64,000 nt of DNA, from NCBI GenBank assembly GCA_964276515.1, contig OZ193910.1:930001-994000 (forward strand), written 5' to 3'. Under the pieces are notes generated by a model, which saw only the letters and a program-made list of their open reading frames with translations, had not been told where the DNA came from and searched no databases. Shown piece after piece: positions 12,952 to 26,500 of the stretch; position 1 is the stretch's first letter; each line of letters starts with the position of its first letter. The stretch comes from Gordius albopunctatus (taxonomy: Eukaryota). Position numbers and translations under genes: made by a program.

Positions 12952-15821
12952 ATGGCCACCTTTTTAATAAATCCAGAACATTGCTGTATAAATGAAAGGA
13001 ATACCTTTTTTACTAAAGGTCGTAAATAGCAATTATTTTATCAATTTAAATTTAAAATTTTAATTGAAAGTGTTTAAATTTCTTAGAAAAGCAAGAAAAA
13101 ATCTGTGAAAAAGATGGGGGTACCTTTTTACAAGAAACAAATGTTTATAGCATTGCTAAATCAAATAATGCATTTAATAAATCAATTGACAAATACATAT
13201 CTTCAACTCCAAAAAAGAGTTCTAGTTTAAATCATAATAATGATAACCATAAATTGCATAGTCTAAGTATGACTGACTTGGATGCTATTGATGGCTCTCA
13301 ATCCTGTCATGTTAGAGAAATAGCTAGTAAATTAATGAAAAAATATTTGGAAATGAAATTACAGGCAGATATTTTAATCAAGGAAAAACAAAAAATCTTA
13401 GCTTTACGCAAAAAATATGAAAAGGTATTATTTAGTCTTTTATAATGTTAGCTTATATTTGGAAGGAAATGATGCAACTTAAAAAAGAGAAGCAAGAATT
13501 TGAACATTTCAGAAAAAAAAATTCAGCCAAACTCATAAAAGAAGTGGAGCAACAAAATAGATTGGCCAAATTACAAGGAAACAATGTTAAATACATGATG
13601 AAAACCTCTAAAGATCAAAATAACAATCAAAAGAAAATTCAAGATTTGGAAAACAAGGTAGTTTAGAGGTTAATAAATCTTTCCATTATTTATTAATAGA
13701 CTGAAATTAAGTTATCTTAATTTAAATTTATGGTTAGATTAAACTTTTAGAGCTTGATTTAGTAAGAGAGAAAACCAAGAACAGATCATTAATTAACAAT
13801 AAGGCAAAAGCCTTATCATATTTAGTTATAAAGGATGAAATTCAAAGCTTGAAAAATGATGTAAGTCCTACTTTTCAATGCAAAATATTTTTTAATATTG
13901 CCCATGGTTAAGTTAACATGAATGAATAATTGAAATTTTTTATTAAGTTGGTATTTTAAATATGTAGAATAATACCACTTTTCAAGATTAGATTTTGATT
14001 TTGACAGTAAAATATATATATATCTTTAAAGCTAAATGAAAATACTATATCCTATAAATTTAAAAATAAATAACTTTTATAAGACAAATACTTGTATGGA
14101 TATCATTTTTGTTTTATCTTGTTTTCTTAAACTTTTTTAGTTAATTTGATTAGCTTTTAATTATTTTATTTTAATGCAAAAATAGATATGACTTTTGTGT
14201 TCACAATTTTTGTTCCTAATAAAAAGCTAAACAGTTTCTTTTAAAGTATTATTTATATAAACCTTTAATTGCGCACATAAAGTTAAAATCAGGCAATTAA
14301 ACAGTTAAGTCCCAAAAACCTATCCACAATTCAAACAATTACCTTAAAATTAAATGAAGTCTGTAAATGACAGGAACTAATGATAGTTAAGCCAGCTACA
14401 GAAAATAACTCTAGGTTGAAGTCAGAACCATTGGAACTCATCCCAACTCTACCTAATACTTATAGGAATTACCCTCTGCAATTAAAGGATGGAACTTTAG
14501 TGAGTAAAATGGCTGATGGACTAGGAAAAATATATACTTTTCAAGATGGCCGACGTGAGATACACACTAAAGAATGGAAGGTAGGCGTACACAGGTCTGC
14601 ACAAAGTGCTATATCTTAGCTTTGCCTATACCTATTAAACCTTATACACATAAATTGCTCATGCCATATGTTTCATATGGTAAAATGTGTACCATTGATC
14701 CACCATTTTGAATTTAACTATCTCCAATGACTTTCTGCAGTGTATTGTTAAAACAGTAAAATTTACTATCCCCATTGATTGATAAATGAAAAAATACTAA
14801 ATGGTTTTAACATCACAATCACAGTATTTCTATGTATTTTGTAAAAAAAATATATTATACAATGTTGTTTTTTAAGTTTGACTAGTTTGATTTTATTTTA
14901 TTAGGTTCCTGAGACACTTTAATTATCCAAATTTACTACAATCTATATGTCCTTCCCTTATTGTTGCACATTTTAAAATGGCAGAAAAATGGTACACTTA
15001 TTTAAAGTTGATGAGCAGTCTATCTAGTCTATGCTTATACATCAGTGGTATCTAGAGCCCTGCAAAATGGATTTATTTCCACCCAAAATAAACCGTAACC
15101 GACCTTTTTATGTCTGAGCCCTAAATGCTTTCTTCATTTTTGGCTCGACCCAAGCCTGGCCAGCGTATTTTTTAACATGCTTTAGACAAATATCGAATCT
15201 GAAAATTGAATTACCATGTATTGATATAGAAATTTAATCGTTATTAATTTTAATTTAATGAAACGATAAGTTTGCGGAAAAATTATGAATATATATACGT
15301 ATTAAATATGTTGGTTTCGTAATAGCCCAATAAAAAAATTAATAAATTATTGGGGGTTGGTAAAGCTAGCTCTGACCAACAAACCGATAAAAAATATTTT
15401 ATAAATAACCCTATCGTTTGTACAGCGTTCATAATATAGCTTATTAAACTCCGCCCCTCTCCATCGATGATCATTTCTTGTTCAAATTTAATAATATACA
15501 AATTTTATATTATCTATTAGAGCTCTATTTTATCCTTAAATTAACTTGTATTCATTAAATAGTAAATGCCAGCTTAATAATTAGAAGTTAAAAAAGGTAT
15601 CTGGCTTGGACAGACGGAAGGAAATTTTGCAGGGCTCTTGTAATATGTGTTTTTGAAAGTTTGGGAGAGTAATATTTCAAAAAATGTAATTATCTGAATT
15701 TAAGCTTATATGTGTTTAGAAAAAAATATACCCGGACGGCACAACTAAAATGGTGTTTGGAAATGGACAAAGCAAAGAAGTCATATATCCCGATGGTCGA
15801 AAAACGTCATATTGCACCTAA
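12952..15821 (+). CDS. CENPJ: CENPJ/CPAP/SAS-4-like centriolar protein, short form (~342 aa, 6 exons)
   Basis: GT-AG exons 12952-13018, 13087-13424, 13466-13657, 13738-13860, 14374-14580 and 15720-15821 join in frame. Coiled coil followed by DGTLVSKMADG..GRREIHTKEWKKKIYPDGTTKMVFGNG, matching the end of the CPAP TCP/G-box ([38 protein letters not shown]). Confidence 0.75.
15053..15639. mobile_element. hAT-type non-autonomous element (TAGAGCCCTGCAAAAT family) in the last CENPJ intron
   Basis: TIR TAGAGCCCTGCAAAAT / ATTTTGCAGGGCTCTT; TSD eroded. Related ends at ~25881-25981 and ~32234. Confidence 0.65.
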
Positions 15822-17541
15822 TCACAATGCTCCTCTTTATAAAATGCATTTATTTATTATGAATATTATTGTATAAGTTAACAAAATGAATGATATTGTT
15901 TTCTTTAAAGTCTTATCATTATAAATTTTATATAACTTTAAACAAATCATTTATTTCTTATTTTGGAGAATTCTAAGTTTAAAACAATTAAATTATTGGA
16001 CGTTTAATGTATAAAATCGATATTTTAACAAAACAATGCTATCGAAAAGAAGATAAAATAAAAGGAGCCAGCTATTATTTTAGACTGTCTAAAGTTTGAG
16101 AAAACTATGTTATATATATACATTTATTTGTTGAACATATCATTGTTTTGGTAAACTAAGATTAAAATCGTCTATTAGAGAAATAAATATACTTAATAAA
16201 TATTTAAATTTAATATAAAAATGGCGTTGTTTTTGAATATAGTGATCTTTTGCATATTAACTACGGGATTTTCGACTTTTCTTTAATTATGATGATTTAG
16301 TGGTAATAACTTTAATCCTATCTAGTATTTTGATCTCGTCTCTGTTTAATTTTGTAAGTCTCTTCTCGGCCTAAAAAATATTAGTCTCGTTAATTTTTTA
16401 AACATTAAAATATTTCCCCTTTTGTAGCCAGGATTGGATATAGAGAGGGGCCATAATGATTTAGTCAAGGGCAAATAGTAATTTTTAGTAGTTTTAATCA
16501 TAATTATATTTTAAACACTTTTTGGGTTTAGGGGGGCAGCCCTGCAAGCCTCTGGCTATATATATGAGTCATTATATAAATAGAAAAAATTTAAATGGCA
16601 GACCATTTTTCATTTAAAAACTTTTATAATCTTAATGTGCAACGTGCGTGGCGTGGGCATAGTTAGCGTTGGAATTAGAAAATGAACATCTTTTGAAATT
16701 TTAGCAAATTGCAACAAATATTTGTATTTATATGGGGGCAGCCGCCCCTCCCTGCCCCCGCTTGGCTACGACCATGCATTTATACTATTGTTTATTGAAC
16801 ATTTGAAATCTGGAACACATAAAATATAATTATGCAACAATTGGGAAAAAATATTAAAGTCGAGATCTCGCTTATAAAAACTCGTAGCGTTTCCTCTCAA
16901 GATCGCAGTTCTCATCTTGATTTCAACTCAAACTTTCAAGTTAGTCTCGTTAGATTTTTTTTGGATTTTTCTCATCAATTTTCCCATCGCAATAGTAGAG
17001 TAAACTTATTTCAATAATATTTTTTAAATTATTAATATCATAGCTAGTTAAAAATTTATTTTCCCCTATTTATTTTTAACTTGCTAAAACTAATACCCTT
17101 CATTTGCATTTTATATCTAAAAAATCTAATAAGTTGCAATTAGAGTTAGGGCCAGAGGCCTGGTTGGATTTTGTTTATTGACAGACTATTATTTTAATAA
17201 TTTGTTTTTCATATGAGCTTATGTAGGTTGAATCACTTTTTGTCAGACCAATTAAAGTACATTTAAAACAATTATTTCTTACTATTATCTTAACAAAGCA
17301 CCTATTTTAAGATAAATTTAATATTTACAGCAGGATAAAATTTTGGATTAGCTTTAGTTATAAAAATACAGCCTTCTTATAAAAAGTTAAATAAAAAAAG
17401 ATTTTGAAATTAATAAAAACACAAACTTTTCCCACACTTAACTGGAGATTAATAAATAAATCGACTTTCAGGTAGTAAGTGTAATCATAAGTAGCAAATT
17501 TGTTCTAACCGCGTTGATCAACACATGCTGCAATTTAAAAA

Positions 17542-20500
17542 ATGATAAAACAATTTGAAAGACACGCCCCAGGAATCACATCAATTGTTTCTCATAAAAA
17601 ATAGTTAGTTATATATTATAATAAATATATATTTGACTATAGCAAATACATTACATGTGGAAGTGATGGGATAGTGTTTAAATCTAACCAACCATTTAAA
17701 AAAGATGAATTATGTGTAGTTGATGGAAACCCTCTCTGCTTAATATGCTTAGTATTTGTCATTATAGTAAATTAAAACATAAAATAACAGGAGGAGAATC
17801 TGTATGTCGCTTCATCTAACAATTTAAATTCTTACAATATTGAGGATGGTGTATTTGTAAAACAGGTTGGAAAATTTAATTGCAAGATTACCTGTCTTTC
17901 AACCAGCCCTCAAACAGAAGAAGTTATAATTGGATTTGAGTAATCTTTAAATGTATCAGATTATATAATATTTATTTAAAGTGATTTCAAAATAAAAAAA
18001 ATAAATATCAATAGTCATAAACAATCAACTTTTGAAGGCCATAAAGCTCCTATTTTGCATATTGATTTCAATGAAATCTCTTCTTATTTAGTAAGTAATT
18101 AACTGAACTTATGTTTTATAAGATCCAAATATAGGCATCATCAAGTTGTGATGGGTCTGTTAAAATATGGGATTATGAGGATGTTATTTGTATATTTACC
18201 TTGAACCTTTTACCTAAATCAAATAGCTTTGGGTAATTTACAAATTTTATTGTTTATATATAAATCTCTCAACATAGTCTGGCAAAATCCTTGGGACGCT
18301 TTGCATGGAGTCCTTTATCTAATGTAAACGATTTATATAATTATTTTGTTAATTAAACTTATAGTATTTGGCTGTTCCACGTGAGAAAGAAGTTAAAATT
18401 TATCAAGCTAATACGTGGAAAATAAATGCAACTCTTACAAATTCTGAATTTAAAGATGTAATTGATATATCTATTTTTAAGTGATGTTTGTAATGTTTAT
18501 TATATTATTTTTAGTTTGCAAACGTAACAAAATTTTCACAATGTGAAGGTTATGTAGCAACAGGAACAAATGGAGGAACTATATACGTTTTTGACATGAA
18601 ATCATTTAATATGCTATATAAGTATTAGCTCTCCATTAAAAAAATAAACTCCATAATTAAGGTACAATTTGGATAAAAAGATTGCCATATGCAGTATGAT
18701 GTGGTTCAAAACATCCAGTTCTTATTCCCTTACAATTACTGACATGCATGTAAGTATTTAAAAACTTACAAATACATTTAAGTTATTTAGCTTCTTGTTT
18801 TTTTTAAATAATCAATGGTCAAGTACTAACTATTTAAACCTAGTATTTTTTAAAATTTTATTTGCAGGGAAGATTAGGACAAGTTGAAATTAGTACCCAT
18901 CCTCAGCCATCTAAGGCATTAAATGGTGCTAGTGATATAGAGGTGACTATGTTTATACAAATAGGGAAAATACAATTTGGATTTTAATTTAGAAAATTAA
19001 AATATATATTGCCTTATTTCAAACACGTATCTTTTTTAAAATATCCACATCTATTATTTAACAGTCATTTGTGGAAAACCTTTTTGGAGAAACTAAAAAC
19101 TAATATCAATAAATACATGGCCGTGGTCAGGAGGAACCCCCCTCCCCTAAATTCAATTTTTTTTTAAAAATTTTCAAAAAATGTTTATTTTGCCCCCCCC
19201 CCCCTCTAATTCCAATCCTCGCTATGGCCTTGAATAAATAGGCTATTGAATTAAGCTCTTTATGCTTACCATAATATTCTTTAATCCACCTATGGATATT
19301 TTAAGTAAAAACCAACTGCCATAGTTATAAAAATACATTTTAAAATGAAAAATCTATTTTTGAAATGATGTAATAAACTAATACTATTTGTATGCATTTC
19401 TAGATTGATTTAGATGAAATGGACGATTTGGATCACATGATTAGAGAGCGAGAACTCCAAGATGGAGCGGGGTCACGTGATCCAATGGAAAATATCGTTC
19501 CCGATTGGTCCGATGATGAAAAGTCACGTGATTTGGTCCTATTGTCTCAGGGGTCGGAGTTGACCGAAATTATAGTTGCACAAAGTGCCAGAGATACGAT
19601 TCATTCATACGATTTTGCCTTTTACATTTATTAATACTTTTGAAACAAAGTAAATCATTTTTTTGGTAAGAGCACTAGTGTAGTCAGGATTTGATTTAAA
19701 AGGGAGTTTTTAGAAGTTACCAAAATTCATTTAATTACCCTAAACAACAAATAATGGTCTTATGAAATCAATCGGAGAGCAACAATTTTTAGATTTTTTA
19801 TTGAGTTTTTTATTTTTCTTACATGTCAAGTTTTTGAAATAATTAAGGAGTTTAAAGCTGAGAAACTGAGCTTGTTTCCACCTTTTTGGAGGTGTTTAAC
19901 GAGAAGACAAATTGACAAAAATTTGAAAAAATAATTCTTAATTTTTAATTTATCTAAAATCACAAAATCGTCTCAGACTTTCGGTTTCCCTTCCCCATGG
20001 TATCGATTTCTATTGCTATATAATCATGTAAATACCCTATGAGATATGGGTTTAGTAAATATGAATGATTATAAACTACTTTTTAAAATTAAATTAATGT
20101 ATATTTTTGGATGTTGAAGGTAAAAAGGAAGAGAAAAAGTTTGGGGATTACTTTAGAGAAGCTAACTTAGCTAATCCCATAGGCAAGATAGTTCGAGATT
20201 CTGGGGCTGATATTCATCTAGATGATATTCAAGATGGCGACGATATTGAGTTGGACATTGGAAAGGTGAAGGAGCAATATTACGAATCTATTAGAGCTTT
20301 GGAACTTGGTGACACATCTTACCCACGAGAGGATGTCAAAATTGGGAAAAATTTAGAAGAAATATCCACAATTCATTCAGAAGCAATAACAAGTAATCAT
20401 TTGGTCAGTTGTTAACATTAAGAGAGAATGATTGAAGTAATTTGAAGTTAATTAGTATATAACCACTAGAATAAATGACATTAAGTATTAAAGCTGAAAT

Positions 20501-23500
20501 AGAATCTGTGTAGCTTGTTTAGTATTTTTAAATGAGTTATAGCTAGTTAATAAAAAGGATTTTAGATCATTATCATAGACCTGGCAAAAAGATAAGTTAA
20601 TATATTACTTTTATGTCCTAAGAATGTTCTCGCATAAACTGCGACCCATATAAAATTCTATTTCATAAAAATCGTTTGGCGTGAAATTAAATTGGCGAAC
20701 CATCATACACGCATGATATGGTAACATATTTGGTTAATCCAAGTCTATGTATGTGTGTATGTATGTATGGGCTAAATTCTGAAATTACCGGCCCGATTCG
20801 CGCGAAAATTTAGCCGTAGATGCCCAGGGCGGCCAGGGGTAAAATAGTTTTTCCAGAATCCTAAAATACCTTTTCGTTTTAAAAATATCGAACTTTTACC
20901 GGCCAGTTTGATTTATAGCATCATATACAATAATGACGTCATAGGGCTTGTCTTAATATCGGATTCAGATTCAAACGGCGCGAATTTATCTTTATCAAAT
21001 ATTCGATTCAATTTCATGTGTCAAACTCGATTGTAATTATTAATATTTTCTTTTTTGATAGTCAAAACCTTTTTTTTTATTTATTTCAATTCTTGAGACT
21101 AATCGCTGTTATATAATGCGTCTGAAATGAAAATCTGGTGTGAATTCGAGGTTTAGACACGACTATGTTATAACCCATACAACGATTTTTGCTGCGCAGC
21201 AAAATCCGATATTAAGACAAGCCCATACATACAAGGCTGAAGTTTTCTCGAATTAGACATTTAAAAGTATAATAAAAATGTTATAGTATACGGTCAAAAT
21301 TATTGGGGTTTAATCAACTATTTAAATTAAATAAATAAGATTTAAATTAATAGCTTTTGCAGAATCCTAAAATTCCTTTTAGTTTTAAAAAAGGGATAAA
21401 TTCTGAAACTACCGGCCCAATTAGGTTCCCAGCGCGGCAAGTTACATAAATAAGCGAAATACAAAAATAAAGACATATTGGTTAAATACAAAGATCTATA
21501 TCATTCTCTTCTAAAATGGGCCATGAGTCGGCAAAGGATTTAAAGTTGTATCGTGCAACAAGAATCCCTAGTTGTTGCCTGAGTAAAAAGGAAGCAGAAA
21601 TTTTAGATTTCGGGGTGCGTTTTCCGATTTCTTTAAAAAACCCCATTGCCTGTTTACCAAAGGAACCGGAGCACGTGGCAACGACAGAGATAAAAATATT
21701 GGATTCCAAAAAGGCGGAGTACTTTGTAGTTTTACGCCCTTGTTCTGTAGCGATAGGGTGGTAATTAAAATGGGAAGGGGCAAATGGGTCAATACAAGTA
21801 AAATCCCATTTGAGGGATAGGCCATTTTGCCAGGGGACTAGAGAAGAGCCGTCAGGGCGCATCCTACCTTCAAGAGAGGGATCTGACACACTTAGCCGGG
21901 CACAGCTAGTTTTAGTATAAAAGCTAAAATTCATTTCCAAAAAGTGACTGTTTTATTTTTAATATTGATTAATTTTTATAAATAAATTTGGATTATATAT
22001 AGGAGTAGGGGAAAAGAGGGGCAAAGACGAAAATTTAACGAGCAAACAAAAGGCATTTCAACCAGGATCTACTCCTGCCTATTTGGGAGATCACTACTTG
22101 GTATTAAGTTTACTAATTTATTTTTAGTATAGCTGCTATGAGTTTAAGAATAAACGAATAAATTTTTGTAAATTGTCCACAATTTTTCATCTTGATTTGT
22201 ATATAATCTAATTTTTTGAGCGAATTAAGCTTGTGGCAGATGCCGATTTACACACGGGGACATATTTAAGGTTTAAAACCTGCTTGACCTTTGATATTTT
22301 TGATTTGCTCATTTCACTTAATCCTAACCTGTATTCAAGTGTGTTAATTTTAAGAATTTATAGACATAAATAGGAAGCAGGTCAGGAGGCATTTTAATTT
22401 TTAGATGTATCATTAAAGTACTTCTTAAATGCCCCCAAAGCTAAATATGATTAAAGTAATTGTAAAATCGCAAGGTGTGGAATCGATGGGGAATTATTCA
22501 ATCCTTTCAAGGCACTGTAAGTGACGATATTGACGTAGAAGATTCTCTGGAAATTGAATATTTCGATAAATCTATACATCATACAATGCGAATAACGAAT
22601 TATTCGGACTTTACAATGGCCGAAATGTCTCCTTACGCCGTCGTGTTAGCAACATCTGGAGATGAAAATGCATCCATCCATAAAGCAGACGATACCGAAT
22701 CCGATGACGATTTTGGGATTTCCGTCCTCGATAGGGTACTTAATAAAGGAACTGAAAAGGAAAAGAAATCTCAATTATTAAATCCTAGGTAGCCGTTAAA
22801 TCTTAAAATTTAAAATAAATATTTTGCACTTAAATCTCATTAAGTTTGAATTTTTTTAAAAATATATATATTGTTTTTCCTAATTAACCTAACTTCTTAT
22901 TATGGTAGTATATTATTGAGATAAAAAAGGTTAATTTCTCTTATTTTAAATACACGCCTTTAAATGATTTATTGGTGTGATTCGGTTTCGTAAAATCATC
23001 TGGATTTTGTTTGGTCAACCTTTGCTTCAACAAAGACTAACGGTCTAAACAATTGTCTAAGCGGCGAAGAATATCCCGAGGGGCGGGGCTGGGGGGATGA
23101 AGTAAAAGTGTTTTAAATGTGAATGTATTTCGAGAGAACAAAGTGGATTCTCGTAGCCACACAATATCACTAGGGTCATGAATGTTTATCCTGATCTCGT
23201 AAATAGCTTCTTATCAAACTCTTTACTCATTCACACAGTGTGCGATGGTAATTATTATTAATTCCTGTTAAATAAAAGTGGTGTACATAATAATTAGAGT
23301 TGTTAAATTGCTAACTTTCTTCAACTCCAGCCACCACCATCTGCTCGAGTTTCTGCTCGGCCCTCGAGCATTTTTATATGCTACTGCTCTGCCTACTGCA
23401 CCAAACAGCGAGCACATATTGTGTTAACGCGCGCATATTAAGCAACTCAGTGTGCGTGCTCGCGTTTGGAGTTTGAAGAAACTTAGCAATTTAACAACTC

Positions 23501-26500
23501 TAATAATAATAATAATAATTGTTGTAAAGTGAAGGGAAAACAAGCCTTTTGAATATGAATTATCATGGACGTAGCCAGCAGTGGAATTCGAGGGGGGGGG
23601 CAATAATCCTTTTTTGAGACTTAGCCATAATTTTAATGAATTCCAACGCATTTTTGGATTTAGAAGAGGGTAGCCCGTGTGAATAATCCCATGTTAAATA
23701 CCTTAATTTCATCATTCGCATTAATAAAACGAATATGTTTATATTCGATGTTCTTTTTTGAAAATCAGATTGCAGATTACACCAACTTCTTTACTATCAA
23801 ATATATATATGTATGTAAAAAACAATGATGTAAATAATTTTATGATCGTATTTATAGCAAATTCAAATGCCTACATTTCTCGTCTTGGGATTCTTGCAAG
23901 GAATGGGAATACACTTTACCTGCCAAAGAAACTATTGTCGTAAGTTAATTGTAATACTTTTTAACTCCTTTTTTTCCTTAAATTAAATCCAAAGGGTTTG
24001 TCTTAATATCGAGTCGAGATTCAAATCGCGTGAATTTATCTATGTCTAAATATTCGATACAATTTCATGGGTCAAACTCGGCTGTAATTATTAATATTTT
24101 GTTTTTTGATAGTTAAACGTTTTTTTTTGTTTATTTCGACTCTTGCTTTTTTACACACAGATATTCGTAAATTATACGAATCCACAATTAAAAATCTTCT
24201 AGAAAAAATTCTAAACTTATCTTTTAATGATACTAGCCGGTTACAAGCCACTCTTCCAACTAAATTTGGAGGATTAGGTATAAGGTCCCCCTTGACCATT
24301 AGTCTAGTAGCCTTTCTCTCGTCTTACAATTTAGTGAAAGATCTCGTTTTTAGATTGACCACCCATACGGAAGATTTCTTAACGCAAACAGCTTTAACAT
24401 CTTTTGTATTTATAAAAATGCGTTTTTAAATAGGATACGATTCATTAATTTTATTGTTAGCAATCATTTTAATATTTATTTAATTCGAGCTAAATCTATT
24501 TATTTTCTAGAACTACCGCGAATATTAAGTAGCTTTATTTTTCGTACTACTACATCTTTTTTTTTCCTTTTCCATTAAGAAGAAAAATTATAATAATGAA
24601 TCGAATCGCGTTATCAAATTCAATGACGCGTGCAATAATAATATCGGGAGGAGAAATAACAAATACGTATAAGCGCGTCGGGGGAGGGCAATAACATACG
24701 CGTACTAGAAATTAAATGTAAAGGAAACGTAGCGCCTTTGAAGTGGTAGGGTTCAGTACTACAGATGTTGTAGGGCGCGGCGCGTAAGATCAAAAGAATC
24801 TTGTAATGAATGAACTTTTAAATAAGCGTGGGGGTTGGGACAAATCTCCGGATACGACAACATCCTCGCTTGAAAATGTAATGGCAGGAAGCATTATTCC
24901 AAATTGAGTCAAACAACCATACTGGGATGCCAGTATAGTGTCACGCTCCGTCGCTTACCTACTTTCGAGTTGTGACGCCGTACAGCACTTCAATCTCAGC
25001 TCACTAACCACTGACTCTGGTCACGAATGGCTGGAATGCATTCCGAGCAAGTTCTCTGGGCTCTTACTCTCAAGCCCCGAAATTACTTACGCGATCGCCT
25101 TGAGACTGGGGATCCCAATTTGCAAGCAATCGACTTGTAAAAATTGTAAGAAACAAATTGATGTTTGTGCCCATCACCCCTTACATTGTAAACTCAACAA
25201 ATTCCGTTTCATTCGCCATCAAAAGATCAATCTTTTGATTCAAACCGCTTTACTAAAAGCCGGTTTGCCTTCCATTCTCGAACCATCAGAACCCACTCTT
25301 GAGGGTAGAATGCGCCCCGATGGAACATCCACAATTCCATGGGATTATGGTAAGTTCCTATCTTGGGACTTTACCTGCATCGACGTATTTGCACCCTCTA
25401 ACAATAAAGCTGACCCACTAGCTCTAGCGGAAGCACGCAAAACCAATAAATACCGTGATATAATCCCTTCTAAAATTTATATCGCTGTTTGGTAAACAGG
25501 TATTAGCCTTCTTTAAATTGATAGGAAAGAAATCTCTCGAAGGAAAATACTCAGCAAGTTTTCTTTTGCGCCAAAAAGTAGGAATTTTAATAGCGAAATA
25601 CAATTGTAAGGCATTTTCCGACACCTGCTCTCTGGCCCTCGATGAAGATGAAGAGTAGCCACGCCTTTTATTTATTTATTGATCGTGTTTTATATTTTTA
25701 TTATATATAGACTTCACCTAATAAAGATACGAAATTTTGCTGATACCCAAAAATTTAAAAGCATACAACATTTAAGCTTAGGAAAAATATTGCATCCTAC
25801 AAAATCGCTGTTATGTCATGCGTTTGAAATGTAAATCTGCTGCTGTGAATTCGAAGTTAAGACACGGCTATGTTATAACTATAGCCCTGCAAAATGAAAT
25901 AGACTTTTTTTAGATTCGGCCCGACCCGAGCCTGGCCTGAAACCCGATCAGGTCGGGCCTCTGGCGCCCCTTGCAGGGCTCCAAAATCCGATATTAAGAC
26001 AGGCTTAAAGAATTTTCTGCTTATTTTCGCAAGGAAAATATTGTCATATTTTGGTAGGCTATTACTTTGGGATCGGATTGGTGTGCTTTGGGCTCAAGCT
26101 TAGGATTCGTGAGGATTTTTACTATCGGGGGCATTCAAAAATTGCCTTTCATGATAGCCGGTAACATTATGTGCATGACGGGATGCGACAACGAACTGGC
26201 CCTAGTTTTAGCAGGTTTGATCAATATAGTTTCATTTCATTGATTTTTTGTTATTCAAGCAAAGGGTACATATTACTACTGTGGGTAAAAGCGGCCGGGG
26301 GTTTTGGTTTTCTTAGACCTTGTCTTAATATCGGATTCAGATGCGCGAATTTATCTTTATCGAATATTCGATTCAATTTCATGTGTCAGACTGGGTTTTA
26401 ATTATTATTAATATTTTGTTTTTTATTTCTTTCAACTCTTCACATTAATCGCTCTTATATGTTATGCATCGTCTGAAATGAAAATCTGCTGCTGTGAATT

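Noticed and set aside
16322..16995. TCTCGTCTC/GAGACGAGA-rich patches (also ~10770-10850), possible hAT subterminal repeats
   Set aside because: TIR and TSD are too eroded to support boundaries.
20615..20890. Helitron/Helentron-like segment with (TATG)n and a partial duplicate at ~21355-21430
   Set aside because: Probably a repeat, but termini could not be defined, so it is not called.
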